A DNA stretch of 64,000 nt from NCBI GenBank assembly GCA_964291295.2, contig OZ219754.1:1632001-1696000 (forward strand), written 5' to 3'. Shown here piece after piece: positions 19,414-28,966 of the stretch. Origin of the DNA: an uncultured Candidatus Binatia bacterium (GTDB taxonomy: Bacteria; Desulfobacterota; Binatia; UBA9968; JAJDTQ01). The position numbers and the translations under genes are program-made. The notes beneath the pieces are model-generated. The model was not told the origin of the DNA. It did no database searches and saw only the letters and a program-made list of their open reading frames with translations. Every line of letters starts with the position of its first letter. The stretch's first letter is position 1.

Positions 19414-20946
19414 CTACTTCACGCCGATGTCCATGCCGTAGATGCGGGAATCGGCCGGAGGTTGATAGTCGATGTTGCTGGCCATGCCCCACAGGAACTC
19501 GTGCCGCCACTGAAAGCAGGCGGGCGCCAGGTCGGTGATCAACTCCATGGCGCGGGTGAGGTATTCGTTGCGTTTCTCCGGATCGAACTCCTGCTGTTCC
19601 GCGTCAAGGGCCGCGTCCAGGTCGGGATGGGAGAAGCCGATGCGCGGCGAGCCGCCCTTTCTGAAGTACTGGTGGAAGGCCGAGCTTGGGTCGAGTACGC
19701 CGCCGCGGCCCATGTAGAAGAACGGCACGCGGCCCTTCTGGACGTTGGCCCAAAGGGTCGGCCACTCCGGCGTCCGCAGCTTGGCCTTGAAGCCAGCGGC
19801 GTTGAGCATCGGGATCATGGCCTCGGTCACCTGCTTGTCGAGGATGTAGCGGTTGACCGGGGTCTGCAGTTCCACCTCGACGCCCCCGTCGGGGTAGCCG
19901 GCCTTGGCCAGCAGCTCGCGCGCCTTCCCAGGGTCATAGGTGTAGCGGGTCTTCAGGTTCGGATTGTATCCCAACTGGCCGGGACCCAGAGGCCCGTCAA
20001 GCCGTTGCGCCTGCCCCTGGAGCAGGGTCTTGATGATCTTGTCCCGGTCGATGGCGTAACACACCGCCTGGCGCACTTCCTTCTTGTCGAAGGGCGGCTT
20101 GGGCTGCATGGCCAGGAACATGAGCACGAGGGACTGGGTTGTCACGATCTTGTGCTTCGGAGAGCTGTCCACCGTCTTCATCAGATGCGGCGGGACGAGC
20201 TGCGCCACCTGCACCTCGTTGTTCATGAGTGCCGCCACCCGTTGCTCGGGCTCGCGCATGACGCGGAAGACGACCTCGTCCGGTGCGTGGGGATTCCTCG
20301 ACATGGCCGGGTGGTCGGGCCGCTTCTTGATGACCATGCGCTGTCCCTGTACCAGTTCCGCCAATTCGTAGGGGCCGCTGCCCATCATGTGCTGCCGGTC
20401 GGCCACCGCGGGGCCGTACTTGTCATAGGCTGCCTTGCTGGTGATGATCAGGCCGTCGCAGAGGAAGTCGAGCAGCGGGGCGGTGGGCTTCTTGGTGGTG
20501 ATCTGCACGGTGAAGTCGTCGATGGCCTTGGCCTCCTTGACCGGGCGGGCCACGGACGCCTTCTGCTTGCTCTGCGGATCGTTCAGGATTCGCCAGAACG
20601 AGTGGACGATGTCGTGGGCCGTCACCGGGCTGCCGTCGTTGAACGTGTAGCGCTGGTCCAGTTCGAACACCCAGGTGTTGGGATCCACAACCTTCCAGCT
20701 CTTGGCCAGTCGCGGCTCCCACTTGCCGTCGCTCCAGTTGTATTTGCACAGGGGGCCGGTCAACTCGGTGTAGATGCCATAGAGCAGCGCGACGCTGTCG
20801 CCGTAAGGGTTGTGCGTCTCCATGGTCTCGGTGACGCCGATGCTGACGCGCGTCTTGTTCTGCGCGAACGAAGCCGTGGCGGCGAGGCACAGGGCCAAGA
20901 CCGCGACGAACAATGCCAGGATGGGGGTCCGCAAAGGATTTCGCAT
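19414..20946 (-). CDS. ABC transporter substrate-binding protein, family 5 (peptide/nickel type), orphan
   Basis: Signal peptide, LAKSWK, FNDGSPVTAHDIVHSF, GSGPY, VRQAVCYAIDR, YDPGKARELLAKAGY. Confidence 0.92.
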   Translation of the reverse strand: MRNPLRTPILALFVAVLALCLAATASFAQNKTRVSIGVTETMETHNPYGDSVALLYGIYTELTGPLCKYNWSDGKWEPRLAKSWKVVDPNTWVFELDQRYTFNDGSPVTAHDIVHSFWRILNDPQSKQKASVARPVKEAKAIDDFTVQITTKKPTAPLLDFLCDGLIITSKAAYDKYGPAVADRQHMMGSGPYELAELVQGQRMVIKKRPDHPAMSRNPHAPDEVVFRVMREPEQRVAALMNNEVQVAQLVPPHLMKTVDSSPKHKIVTTQSLVLMFLAMQPKPPFDKKEVRQAVCYAIDRDKIIKTLLQGQAQRLDGPLGPGQLGYNPNLKTRYTYDPGKARELLAKAGYPDGGVEVELQTPVNRYILDKQVTEAMIPMLNAAGFKAKLRTPEWPTLWANVQKGRVPFFYMGRGGVLDPSSAFHQYFRKGGSPRIGFSHPDLDAALDAEQQEFDPEKRNEYLTRAMELITDLAPACFQWRHEFLWGMASNIDYQPPADSRIYGMDIGVK

Positions 20947-21449
20947 GGCTGTCTCCCTTTCGTTGTGGGTTGCCGACAGGTAACTGACGAAGAGCAATCT
21001 GGCGCTTCTATCAACGCGCCCTGGAGTTGTCAACCATGGAAGCGCACCTGGAAACCGCTCTTCAGGATCATCTCACGTTGTCAAGTGCGAGCCTTCGCCG
21101 CCGTCCTTTCTCCCTGAGCATCACAGACCCGGCCCATCCGGGCGCCGGACCATGGGACGCCTGGCGCGTTCCATCGCCGCCATCCACCGCACCGGCCGGT
21201 TTCCTGGGTGGTTGCGCCCTCTTCGGCGCTGGACGATTGTCGTGCGCGCGCCGTCTCGTGGGCGCCCGCCGGCGGGTGATCGCCGGCGGGGGATGACTGA
21301 GCCGGGACGCGTACCTGGCCGTTTGGGGGGAGGGGGGGCGACCACCGCGGCAAGGCTGCGGTCACCACGGACCCGGCGGCGGCCAGCGTAAGGCCCCGGT
21401 ACCGCCCAGCCCGAACCGCGTCAGGCCGGGCCAGCCTTGGGGCGCCCTG

Positions 21450-22088
21450 TCATTCGGCGTCCGGCTGCCGCTCAGGGGCCTGATCCCTGAATGCCGGCAA
21501 TCCCATGCAGTTCTCGTGGATACGAGCCAGGGTCGGGTATCGGTCCAGTTCCACGCCGAAGCGTCGTGCGTTGAAGACCTGCGGTACAAGGCAGATGTCG
21601 GCCAAGGTCGGCCGGTTGCCGAAGCAGTGGTCGCCGGTGCGGGAATCGTCCTTCAGCATGGCTTCCATGGCGGCAAAGCCCTCGTCGATCCAGTGGCGGG
21701 CCCACGCGGCCCGGGCGTCGTCAGCGACGCCCAGCTCGTTCTCCAGGTACTGGAGGACGCGGAGGTTGTTGATCGGGTGAATATCGCAGGCGACGACCTG
21801 CGCCAGCGCCCGGACCCACGCCCGGTCCACCGGTGCCTCGGGCAGAAGGGGCGGCTCCGGCACCCGTTCGTCCAGGTACTCGATGATGGCCAAGGACTGC
21901 ATCAGCACCGCCCCGTCGTCGGCCAGCGCCGGTACGAGGCCCTGCGGATTGCACGCCAGGAACTCCGGCGCCCGCTGCTCGTTGCGGCGCAGATGAACCG
22001 GCTGCAGATGGTAGTCCAGGCCCTTGAGCGACAGCGCGATGCGCACCCGGTAGGACGCGGAGCTTCTGTAGTAGCCGTAGAGCTTCAT
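21450..22088 (-). CDS. maiA: Maleylacetoacetate isomerase (zeta-class GST)
   Basis: MKLYGYYRSSASYRVRIAL, NPQGLVP, QSLAIIEYL, CDIHPINNLRVL. Confidence 0.93.
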   Translation of the reverse strand: MKLYGYYRSSASYRVRIALSLKGLDYHLQPVHLRRNEQRAPEFLACNPQGLVPALADDGAVLMQSLAIIEYLDERVPEPPLLPEAPVDRAWVRALAQVVACDIHPINNLRVLQYLENELGVADDARAAWARHWIDEGFAAMEAMLKDDSRTGDHCFGNRPTLADICLVPQVFNARRFGVELDRYPTLARIHENCMGLPAFRDQAPERQPDAE

Positions 22089-22151
22089 GAATCCTCCGGA
22101 GTTGGCCGGTCCCGGGGTGATACGGCCCGCAAGCCGCATTGCCGCCCATAA

Positions 22152-25100
22152 TCAGGGAGGCGAAAGGACGATATGCGCCGGTCGATGTCTGCTTTCTCCG
22201 AAGTAGAGAGCGCGGAACCTGTCCATCTGCTTGATCCTGTCGATCAGCCCCTTCTCCTGCTTCGAGTTCGAGACGTTCCTGACAAGAAATTTCGCATCTG
22301 CGTCCGTCGAGCGAAAGATGAGATAGTTCGCAACAGCCGAAAATATGGACACATCGAAGTCCCGAGCTTCCTGTGATGCCAATACCAGGGATATGCCGTA
22401 CTTTCGGCACTCCTTCGCCATTGTCGGGATGAGTTTGAGTCGAGCGGCACGGTGTGCTTCGTCGAAGATCAACGCATGAGTGATACGCTTCTGTATTCCT
22501 CGGCGAAACATGTCCTTGTACAGACCGTAGAACACGAGATAGGCAAAAGCTCGTTGCAGGTTGTCGTTTTGTGTCGTGTGGATGCGAATGATGATCGGTC
22601 GTTCATCCTCCCACAAACTGTTCCGTGATCCATCACCGGTTTCAAAGAAACCGTAGTCATCGAGTTCACCCAAACGGGCAAGCAGGGTGCGCAGACCACG
22701 ATCCGGATTTTCGTCGGCATGCAGTATCTCGACGAAACGCTTGAATTCCGGCTCTGGAGCACTCTCGTTTCCGAAGATCCAACCCGCTTCCTCGAAGCTC
22801 TCCTTGATGGCGTGACGAATGCGGTCCGCCTGGATATCTCCCAAGTCCGGAAAGATGGCGGTGAAGATGTCCCGGACGGCCCCGGCAACGTCCAGATGGG
22901 CCATCCGCCCATTTCGATCAATGACTTGCAGCGGGTTAAAGCCAAGTCCGTCGAAGTCGACAAACCGAACTTCCCCGAGCGATTCATGAAGCCGCTCGTC
23001 GATGTCTTGATGGTAGGAAAAGACGACAGGTCGAACGTCCGCAGCGACCATTTTCTTGCACAGATTGACCAGACATGTGGTCTTTCCCATGCCGGGCAGT
23101 CCGGCAATCAGAAGGTGAGGATTGCCGTCTATGCCAAGCCGCCAGTCAACCCCGGCGTTCGTGAGCATGTCTGTGCCCAGGTGCACATCCGGCACACGAC
23201 CGTCCTTGTTGGATAACAAGGCATCCGATGCCTGCCCAGCATCATTCGCTTGTCGAGCGGCAGGTTCGTTTGCGGGAAACGCATGGCTCCCGGTCGACAT
23301 GCTCTCTTCTCGTTGACTCGCTCGTTCCGAAGGAACTGCTCCGGAGTCGCAATTCGAATCCGGGAGAAGACCGGGTCCAAAGAGATATATCTGCGTGGAA
23401 TAGTGATCTGGCGAGATTCTCAGCGGCTGGTGGCCGGAGTATTCCGGGCAGAACAGCCAGCCGCGATCGCTTCTCGTGGTCGATGCGAAGGTATAGTCTC
23501 TGCCCCGTTCGATCATGCGATCGATTTGGTCCATGAGTTCGCCATGGCGCTGGGCCGGAAGACAATGCCTTCGCGCCTTGTCGGCGTAGAAGCGCAGCAC
23601 ACGCGCCAGCTTGGCGCGGCGAATGGCCCGGAACGTCGAGCAGACGTTTTCGCCGCCATACCAGCCCTCCCATTGCTCCCGGAGCGTCTGTGTCTGTTTG
23701 TCGATCTGTTTGAGGATATCCGAGGACCGAGCCGTACGCAGATGACGTCGGAACTTTACCTCGATAAACTGAAAACAGAGGCCCTTGCGGGGCTCCACGG
23801 TCACGTAGATCAGGTCGGGGCGTGTCGCTCTCCCATCCTTGTCCTTGTCTCCCATCAAGGGCGGAAGCAGATCCCTGACATCGTCAACCGGGATGATGAC
23901 TCCGTCCTCAAGCGAGCCCCAGCAGTCGTCGTCTCCCGAGAGGGCTTGGCAGTTGGCGTGGGACATGGCCAGCGCGATCAATTCCGATGTAGGCCGCCTA
24001 TGGCCGGTGAGACGAATGGCAAGTCGGCCGCTAAGGGCTTTCAGATGTCTCAACAGGAACGCGGCGTTGCCGCTGCCGCGGCTCAATCCCATCTGATCGA
24101 GCATGCCGTCGAGCAGGCTGCAGACTTCCTCCAGATTGGCAGTGGATGTAATCAATTGCAGGCACCCGAGGTCTTCACGCTCCGGCACGCAGTCGATGAC
24201 GTATGCGTCGTAGACCGCACGGTTATCCTGCGGTGAGTCGAAATATTCGATGCCGGCGTTCCGGTCCAAGGTGATGAGCCAATCGCAAAGTTGGTGCAGT
24301 TGCTTGAGGCTCTGGCCCTTCTCGGGAGGTACTTCCGTTCTCAATACCGGCAATCTGCCGGTATTTGCGCCGATGTGGCGGGCTACGCCATCCTGAAGAG
24401 CGTGCTGGAGGCGCGCGAGCCACTCGGTATGTGTCCGTCTGGACGGGTGCCTTTCGCCTTCGGAAACCTTGAGAGGGATGCTACTCCATGCGGGTGAAGG
24501 CAGGCTCGTGTAGTACCGCTTGTAGAAGGACAGCAAGCCGAACGCGTGGGGTGGCCCGGAGGCCTCGTCCTCCTTTTCCACGACGACACGGGACTCGAAC
24601 GTATCGAACGCGATCGCCAAGTGCGCCGCGGTGCTTGGATCCGGCTGCTCCTTGCGCGCCCAACGCAGCCGGGGCATGTTGACGCCTCCGGGAAGGCTCA
24701 AGGACTCCAACATCCACCGATCTTCTTCAGCCAGAACCCCTGCTCCACTTCGGCGCTTCTCCCGCGCTTCCGCAATGAACCGTCCCGCGACGCCACGTTG
24801 CTCGGTGGTCGGATAGAGGTCCAACGAGAATATCGGCGCTGTCGCGGTATATTCCTGGCCACCGTCCTGATCCGCATCATCAACATCCTGTCGATAGCGC
24901 CGCTGAACGGTACCGAGCGATCGGGCGACGGTCTGACCGTCGCCGGCGCGTAGCGCATGGATGTGCAGCAGGCGTGACGTGTCGTGACAATCCAGGTACT
25001 TGACGACTTCGTCCGCCAACACTTGGGCGCTCTGGCTGCCTACGGCCGGTATGCTGTCGGCTACCTCGCCGGCGCCGAGCGCGCGCGCCAGGATCGCCAC

Positions 25101-27137
25101 CGCGGCCTTGGGTTCCTTGTCCGTATCTGGCACCATTCCCACCGAATGGAAGCCGAGCATATCAGCGAAGACGAACGCCCCGCCATTGGGGTTGGGAAGG
25201 AACGTGGGGAACATGGCACCGTTCAGGCTCGAAAACTCGGCGCGAATGTCCTTGGGGGCCTGACCTTGGGCGAAGGCCGTATGGAGAACGAGATTGTCGT
25301 AAGCTGCATGCCACGCCACCCGCAACGGGTGGGCAGGCAGGACGATGAGGCCGATGGTGCGTTCAGACAGCGATTGGACTTCCACGGTGTTGGCAAGCGA
25401 CAACAACGGATCGCCGTCTTGCAGGAGCGCAACCCAGGCCCGCAGATACTCGTGGACGATGCGGAATACTCCGGCCATTTCGTCATAAATCTGGCCGACT
25501 CCACCAATCTCGGCGAAGCGGATGGCAAGTTTGCGGCTGGCCGCCGCCACCGATTCCCATGCTTGGCCGTCATCACTCGGAAACGGCTTGAACTCCGGAG
25601 CGCCGGCGCGCTCTCCGGAGCCGCGCACGGTGACTATCCACCGGCCAATTCGGCCTTCTCTCTTCACCCATTGACTTTCGACCTCGGCAATCAGCGAGGG
25701 CCTGAAGACACGAAAGCTCTTTCGTCGGCCCTGTTCGACGGGCGTTCGCAACAGGATGATGCCTTTGTTGGAATCGGTGGTCACGCCGGAAGACGGAGAT
25801 GAGACAATCGCCGAGACGGCTTCGCGACTTTCGAGTTCGGCAAGCCCTTCGCTGAGTGTCCGAACCTTCGTGCCAACGCCTCCGGTTTCCTGCTTCGGCG
25901 GGTCTCCGAAGCGAATAACAAACTCCTCGCTTTCCTGGCGCTCGAATTCAGCCTTGTCGACAACTTCAACCGTGACTTTAGCCGACAGCCGTGCGTTTTC
26001 ATCCAGAATCTGGAAATCGTCTTCCGTGAAGCGATGTTTCTCCCCACCTTTTCGTGCAGAGTGCGGGACTTGCTCGCTTGCGATCTCTTCACCCTGATCC
26101 GTTTCGACAACAACACGATAGTCCGCTGCGTTCTTTTCGAGACGAGCCGGCTCAATCTTCCACCTGATCTCCAGAATCGAAGAAGGGCCGCTCTTGTCTG
26201 CATCTCCTCTGAGGATGAGTTCGGGAGGATTGTCTGCACCGCCGTCCTCGACCAAGCCGGACCACCGGGCGACGGTACCGTTCCGGTTTCGCCAGGAGGT
26301 TAGTTCGATATGCTGGATCGACTGTGCCGGAGGTTCGGTACGCAGATTACCGATCCACAGGGTTTCTTTCTCGGCCAACGTTTCCAGCGCGGTACGCAGC
26401 GGCTTGGTATCTACTGAATGGAGGAAGCGCTCAAGGTTGTTGATTTCGGTCTCCGAACTCCGATCGAACCGTACTGCGTCGATGCGCGTCGCTGGTGCCA
26501 AGCTCGCGCCGGCAGTCCCCAACAGGCGATCGACCAACATGCGCGAAGTGTCGAGGTCATCCGGAAAACTCGAGCCTTTCGAATGCCGGATGGGCCAAAG
26601 ACCAAGTAAATGCAAGTAAGATCCCGGCCATTTGCTACCCGCGGCGACTTGGCAGAGGAAGTCGAACTCCGCCCATCGCGACAGGGCGTACCTGCCGCGG
26701 CGTCCTCGCGCCTTTTTGATCGCCTGCTCGGCGTATCGACGATCCTCCGAAGAGTGGCTCGTTGTGATCTGACGGAGCGCCAAGCGCCCCGCCTCCTGAA
26801 ACAGCGCTACTTCACCCACTTCCCGGGCAGCGCTGTAGATGCTGTCCATTCCGGCACCGGCATGTGCAGTGTCAATCAGAAGCAGGACGGCATCGCCCTT
26901 CGCCTCGCGTATCTCTACCGCACGATCGGCGGTGACGGTCCGTTCTCCGGCATCTTCCCTGTCTGCCACCATCAGCACTTGCCAACCGGAAGGCGCAAAG
27001 GATCGATCCGCGGCGAGCGCTTTCACTACACCCGGCGTCAAGCAGCGCACAAAGGCCATAGTGCCAGGTAGGGAAGCGCCGAGTACTTTGCCGAGCGCCT
27101 TTGCGAGTACCTTGCCGTGAAGTCCCGTCCAGTGCAT
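22152..27137 (-). CDS. Large defence ATPase, MAD8/DndH-like (PD-(D/E)xK nuclease + HerA/FtsK-type ATPase)
   Basis: RPDLIY...FIEVK nuclease motif; C-terminal NPHLLIAGLPGMGKT, FNPL, FDEAHR, KECRKYGISLVLASQ. Confidence 0.78.
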   Translation of the reverse strand: MHWTGLHGKVLAKALGKVLGASLPGTMAFVRCLTPGVVKALAADRSFAPSGWQVLMVADREDAGERTVTADRAVEIREAKGDAVLLLIDTAHAGAGMDSIYSAAREVGEVALFQEAGRLALRQITTSHSSEDRRYAEQAIKKARGRRGRYALSRWAEFDFLCQVAAGSKWPGSYLHLLGLWPIRHSKGSSFPDDLDTSRMLVDRLLGTAGASLAPATRIDAVRFDRSSETEINNLERFLHSVDTKPLRTALETLAEKETLWIGNLRTEPPAQSIQHIELTSWRNRNGTVARWSGLVEDGGADNPPELILRGDADKSGPSSILEIRWKIEPARLEKNAADYRVVVETDQGEEIASEQVPHSARKGGEKHRFTEDDFQILDENARLSAKVTVEVVDKAEFERQESEEFVIRFGDPPKQETGGVGTKVRTLSEGLAELESREAVSAIVSSPSSGVTTDSNKGIILLRTPVEQGRRKSFRVFRPSLIAEVESQWVKREGRIGRWIVTVRGSGERAGAPEFKPFPSDDGQAWESVAAASRKLAIRFAEIGGVGQIYDEMAGVFRIVHEYLRAWVALLQDGDPLLSLANTVEVQSLSERTIGLIVLPAHPLRVAWHAAYDNLVLHTAFAQGQAPKDIRAEFSSLNGAMFPTFLPNPNGGAFVFADMLGFHSVGMVPDTDKEPKAAVAILARALGAGEVADSIPAVGSQSAQVLADEVVKYLDCHDTSRLLHIHALRAGDGQTVARSLGTVQRRYRQDVDDADQDGGQEYTATAPIFSLDLYPTTEQRGVAGRFIAEAREKRRSGAGVLAEEDRWMLESLSLPGGVNMPRLRWARKEQPDPSTAAHLAIAFDTFESRVVVEKEDEASGPPHAFGLLSFYKRYYTSLPSPAWSSIPLKVSEGERHPSRRTHTEWLARLQHALQDGVARHIGANTGRLPVLRTEVPPEKGQSLKQLHQLCDWLITLDRNAGIEYFDSPQDNRAVYDAYVIDCVPEREDLGCLQLITSTANLEEVCSLLDGMLDQMGLSRGSGNAAFLLRHLKALSGRLAIRLTGHRRPTSELIALAMSHANCQALSGDDDCWGSLEDGVIIPVDDVRDLLPPLMGDKDKDGRATRPDLIYVTVEPRKGLCFQFIEVKFRRHLRTARSSDILKQIDKQTQTLREQWEGWYGGENVCSTFRAIRRAKLARVLRFYADKARRHCLPAQRHGELMDQIDRMIERGRDYTFASTTRSDRGWLFCPEYSGHQPLRISPDHYSTQIYLFGPGLLPDSNCDSGAVPSERASQREESMSTGSHAFPANEPAARQANDAGQASDALLSNKDGRVPDVHLGTDMLTNAGVDWRLGIDGNPHLLIAGLPGMGKTTCLVNLCKKMVAADVRPVVFSYHQDIDERLHESLGEVRFVDFDGLGFNPLQVIDRNGRMAHLDVAGAVRDIFTAIFPDLGDIQADRIRHAIKESFEEAGWIFGNESAPEPEFKRFVEILHADENPDRGLRTLLARLGELDDYGFFETGDGSRNSLWEDERPIIIRIHTTQNDNLQRAFAYLVFYGLYKDMFRRGIQKRITHALIFDEAHRAARLKLIPTMAKECRKYGISLVLASQEARDFDVSIFSAVANYLIFRSTDADAKFLVRNVSNSKQEKGLIDRIKQMDRFRALYFGESRHRPAHIVLSPP

Positions 27138-27138
27138 G

Positions 27139-28956
27139 TCAATCATCCATCCGAGGTTCAAAGCGAGGCCGTAGCCGTTTCATCGCCTCGGCATCGTTGA
27201 CGCCGACCAGAAGTCCCAGGTCTCGCAGACGACGTTCCAGCACCACACGGTTCGAGCGGAGAAGATCATTGGAGATCGTCATGCCCGGAGGCGCGGAATC
27301 GACGTGGAAGCCGTATCGCTCGCGGATTCTGTCCAGGAATTCCTTCAATGAGAGCGGTTTCACATTTGGCTTGTAGCCACTCCGAAGAAGGTGAAGGTGA
27401 ACCAGATAATCCAGAACCGGGTCGGTAAGAACCAGCGATCGAACTTCTCGCTGTCTCCTTCCGCGTCCAGTCGTATGGGCACCACTTGTGGTCTTCCGTT
27501 TGCGCGCCAGACCGTTCGGCCGCTCCACATTCAGCGTCGAGTCGACCATGGAAATGGTATTGCCCCGCGCTTTGGTTCCCAAGAGCGGCGTCAGCGCTGC
27601 GGCGAGGCGCCGGACTGGATGCGGCTCATTCTGCTCGTTGTCCAACACCCTCTCGGCTTCTGGATAGTCATCCTTCAATTCCTCTGCCAGTTCTGCGCCG
27701 TATTTGTACATTTGACGATGAATGTTCCCCGCTTCCGGGTGGCGCTTGTGGAGCAGTTCACCGAGCAGGTTGAGCCATGATGTGGCGTAGGGCCGAATCG
27801 GGCTTGGATCTTTTTTCAATTCCTCCTTTAATTCCCTATTGTACCTCGCCTCGTAATCAAGCAGACGCAGCATCATCAGGATGGCGGGGACCCGTTCAAC
27901 GCGACGCATGAGGTCATCGAAAGACTGTTCGGCCAGGCCCCGCAATCGGCCATCAATGCCGTTCGAACAGTCAACGAACATGCTTGCGGGTCGCTGAAAC
28001 CGTTTTTCGATGACACTACCTGTATCGGCCCATTCAAACAGGATTTCGATGACGCTGGTGAGGATCGTCGTCATTCCTGTCGCGATACACGCCTCAAGCA
28101 TATCGACGAATGCATGACGAGGGATAACCGCCGCATAGGCGCGGACGAAACGGCGCATGTCTTCCGAGAAAGTCGACGCCGCATTTTCCGCGATGGGACG
28201 TTGATTGGAGATTTTGGCGCTGTCCGATCCCCGCATCTTGTCGGGCGCTGCGCCTAACTTCTGCGCCAGCCGGATCATCAACAGCTGATCGATCCCAAGG
28301 TCCACAAAAGACTCTTTGAATTCGTCTCCCGCTAAGTTGCCCTTCAGATTGCTTCGCTGGACGCCGTGACTGAATGCTCTCAGAAGCAGGTTCTTGGTAT
28401 GTTCTCCAGCGATTGGAAACAATGTCGGTTTTCCTTCTTTACTCGGTTCTACATGTAGCCCGTCTTGGTTCGCCAGCATTGCGACAATCATCTCCGGTAC
28501 GGACCGAAGGTGTGTCACACTCTCCGGAAGGTCGACCCAGCTTGCCATATAGTGGGCTGGGGCAACCCGCTGAATCTGCTTGTCTCTACCGAGACTGTGG
28601 TTGATGTTCTCAAGACTGAAACCTAGTAGTAAATCGCCGAGTATTGCTTGTTCAACTCTTCCGTCAAAGCCGTGTAGATCGGGGCTGGCCGCCAATTCTT
28701 CCGCGACTCGCCCGATGGTCGTCGCTTTCCTGCGATCTCTGGGGCTACCGGCCGTTGGACCAAAAGCCTCCAGAAACTGGCCTTTACCGCGTCGATGGCC
28801 GAATCGAAGCATGTAGAACACGGCCGGCAGCACCGCTGCGAGTTCGAACAAGTTGAACGAGATCGGCAGTACCTTGTCATACCGTGCCGACCAGATTTCG
28901 TCCGCCATTCGCGGGGAGAGTACCTTCCGAACTATGGTGCGGGCGCTATCGGCCAT
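27139..28956 (-). CDS. MAD7/DndG-like defence protein
   Basis: Middle gene of tightly spaced trio; C-terminal LKEFLDRIRERYGF...LERRLRDLGLLVGVNDAEAM resembles DndG/MAD7 ends; no catalytic motif seen. Confidence 0.65.
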   Translation of the reverse strand: MADSARTIVRKVLSPRMADEIWSARYDKVLPISFNLFELAAVLPAVFYMLRFGHRRGKGQFLEAFGPTAGSPRDRRKATTIGRVAEELAASPDLHGFDGRVEQAILGDLLLGFSLENINHSLGRDKQIQRVAPAHYMASWVDLPESVTHLRSVPEMIVAMLANQDGLHVEPSKEGKPTLFPIAGEHTKNLLLRAFSHGVQRSNLKGNLAGDEFKESFVDLGIDQLLMIRLAQKLGAAPDKMRGSDSAKISNQRPIAENAASTFSEDMRRFVRAYAAVIPRHAFVDMLEACIATGMTTILTSVIEILFEWADTGSVIEKRFQRPASMFVDCSNGIDGRLRGLAEQSFDDLMRRVERVPAILMMLRLLDYEARYNRELKEELKKDPSPIRPYATSWLNLLGELLHKRHPEAGNIHRQMYKYGAELAEELKDDYPEAERVLDNEQNEPHPVRRLAAALTPLLGTKARGNTISMVDSTLNVERPNGLARKRKTTSGAHTTGRGRRQREVRSLVLTDPVLDYLVHLHLLRSGYKPNVKPLSLKEFLDRIRERYGFHVDSAPPGMTISNDLLRSNRVVLERRLRDLGLLVGVNDAEAMKRLRPRFEPRMDD

Positions 28957-28966
28957 GAGCCACCCC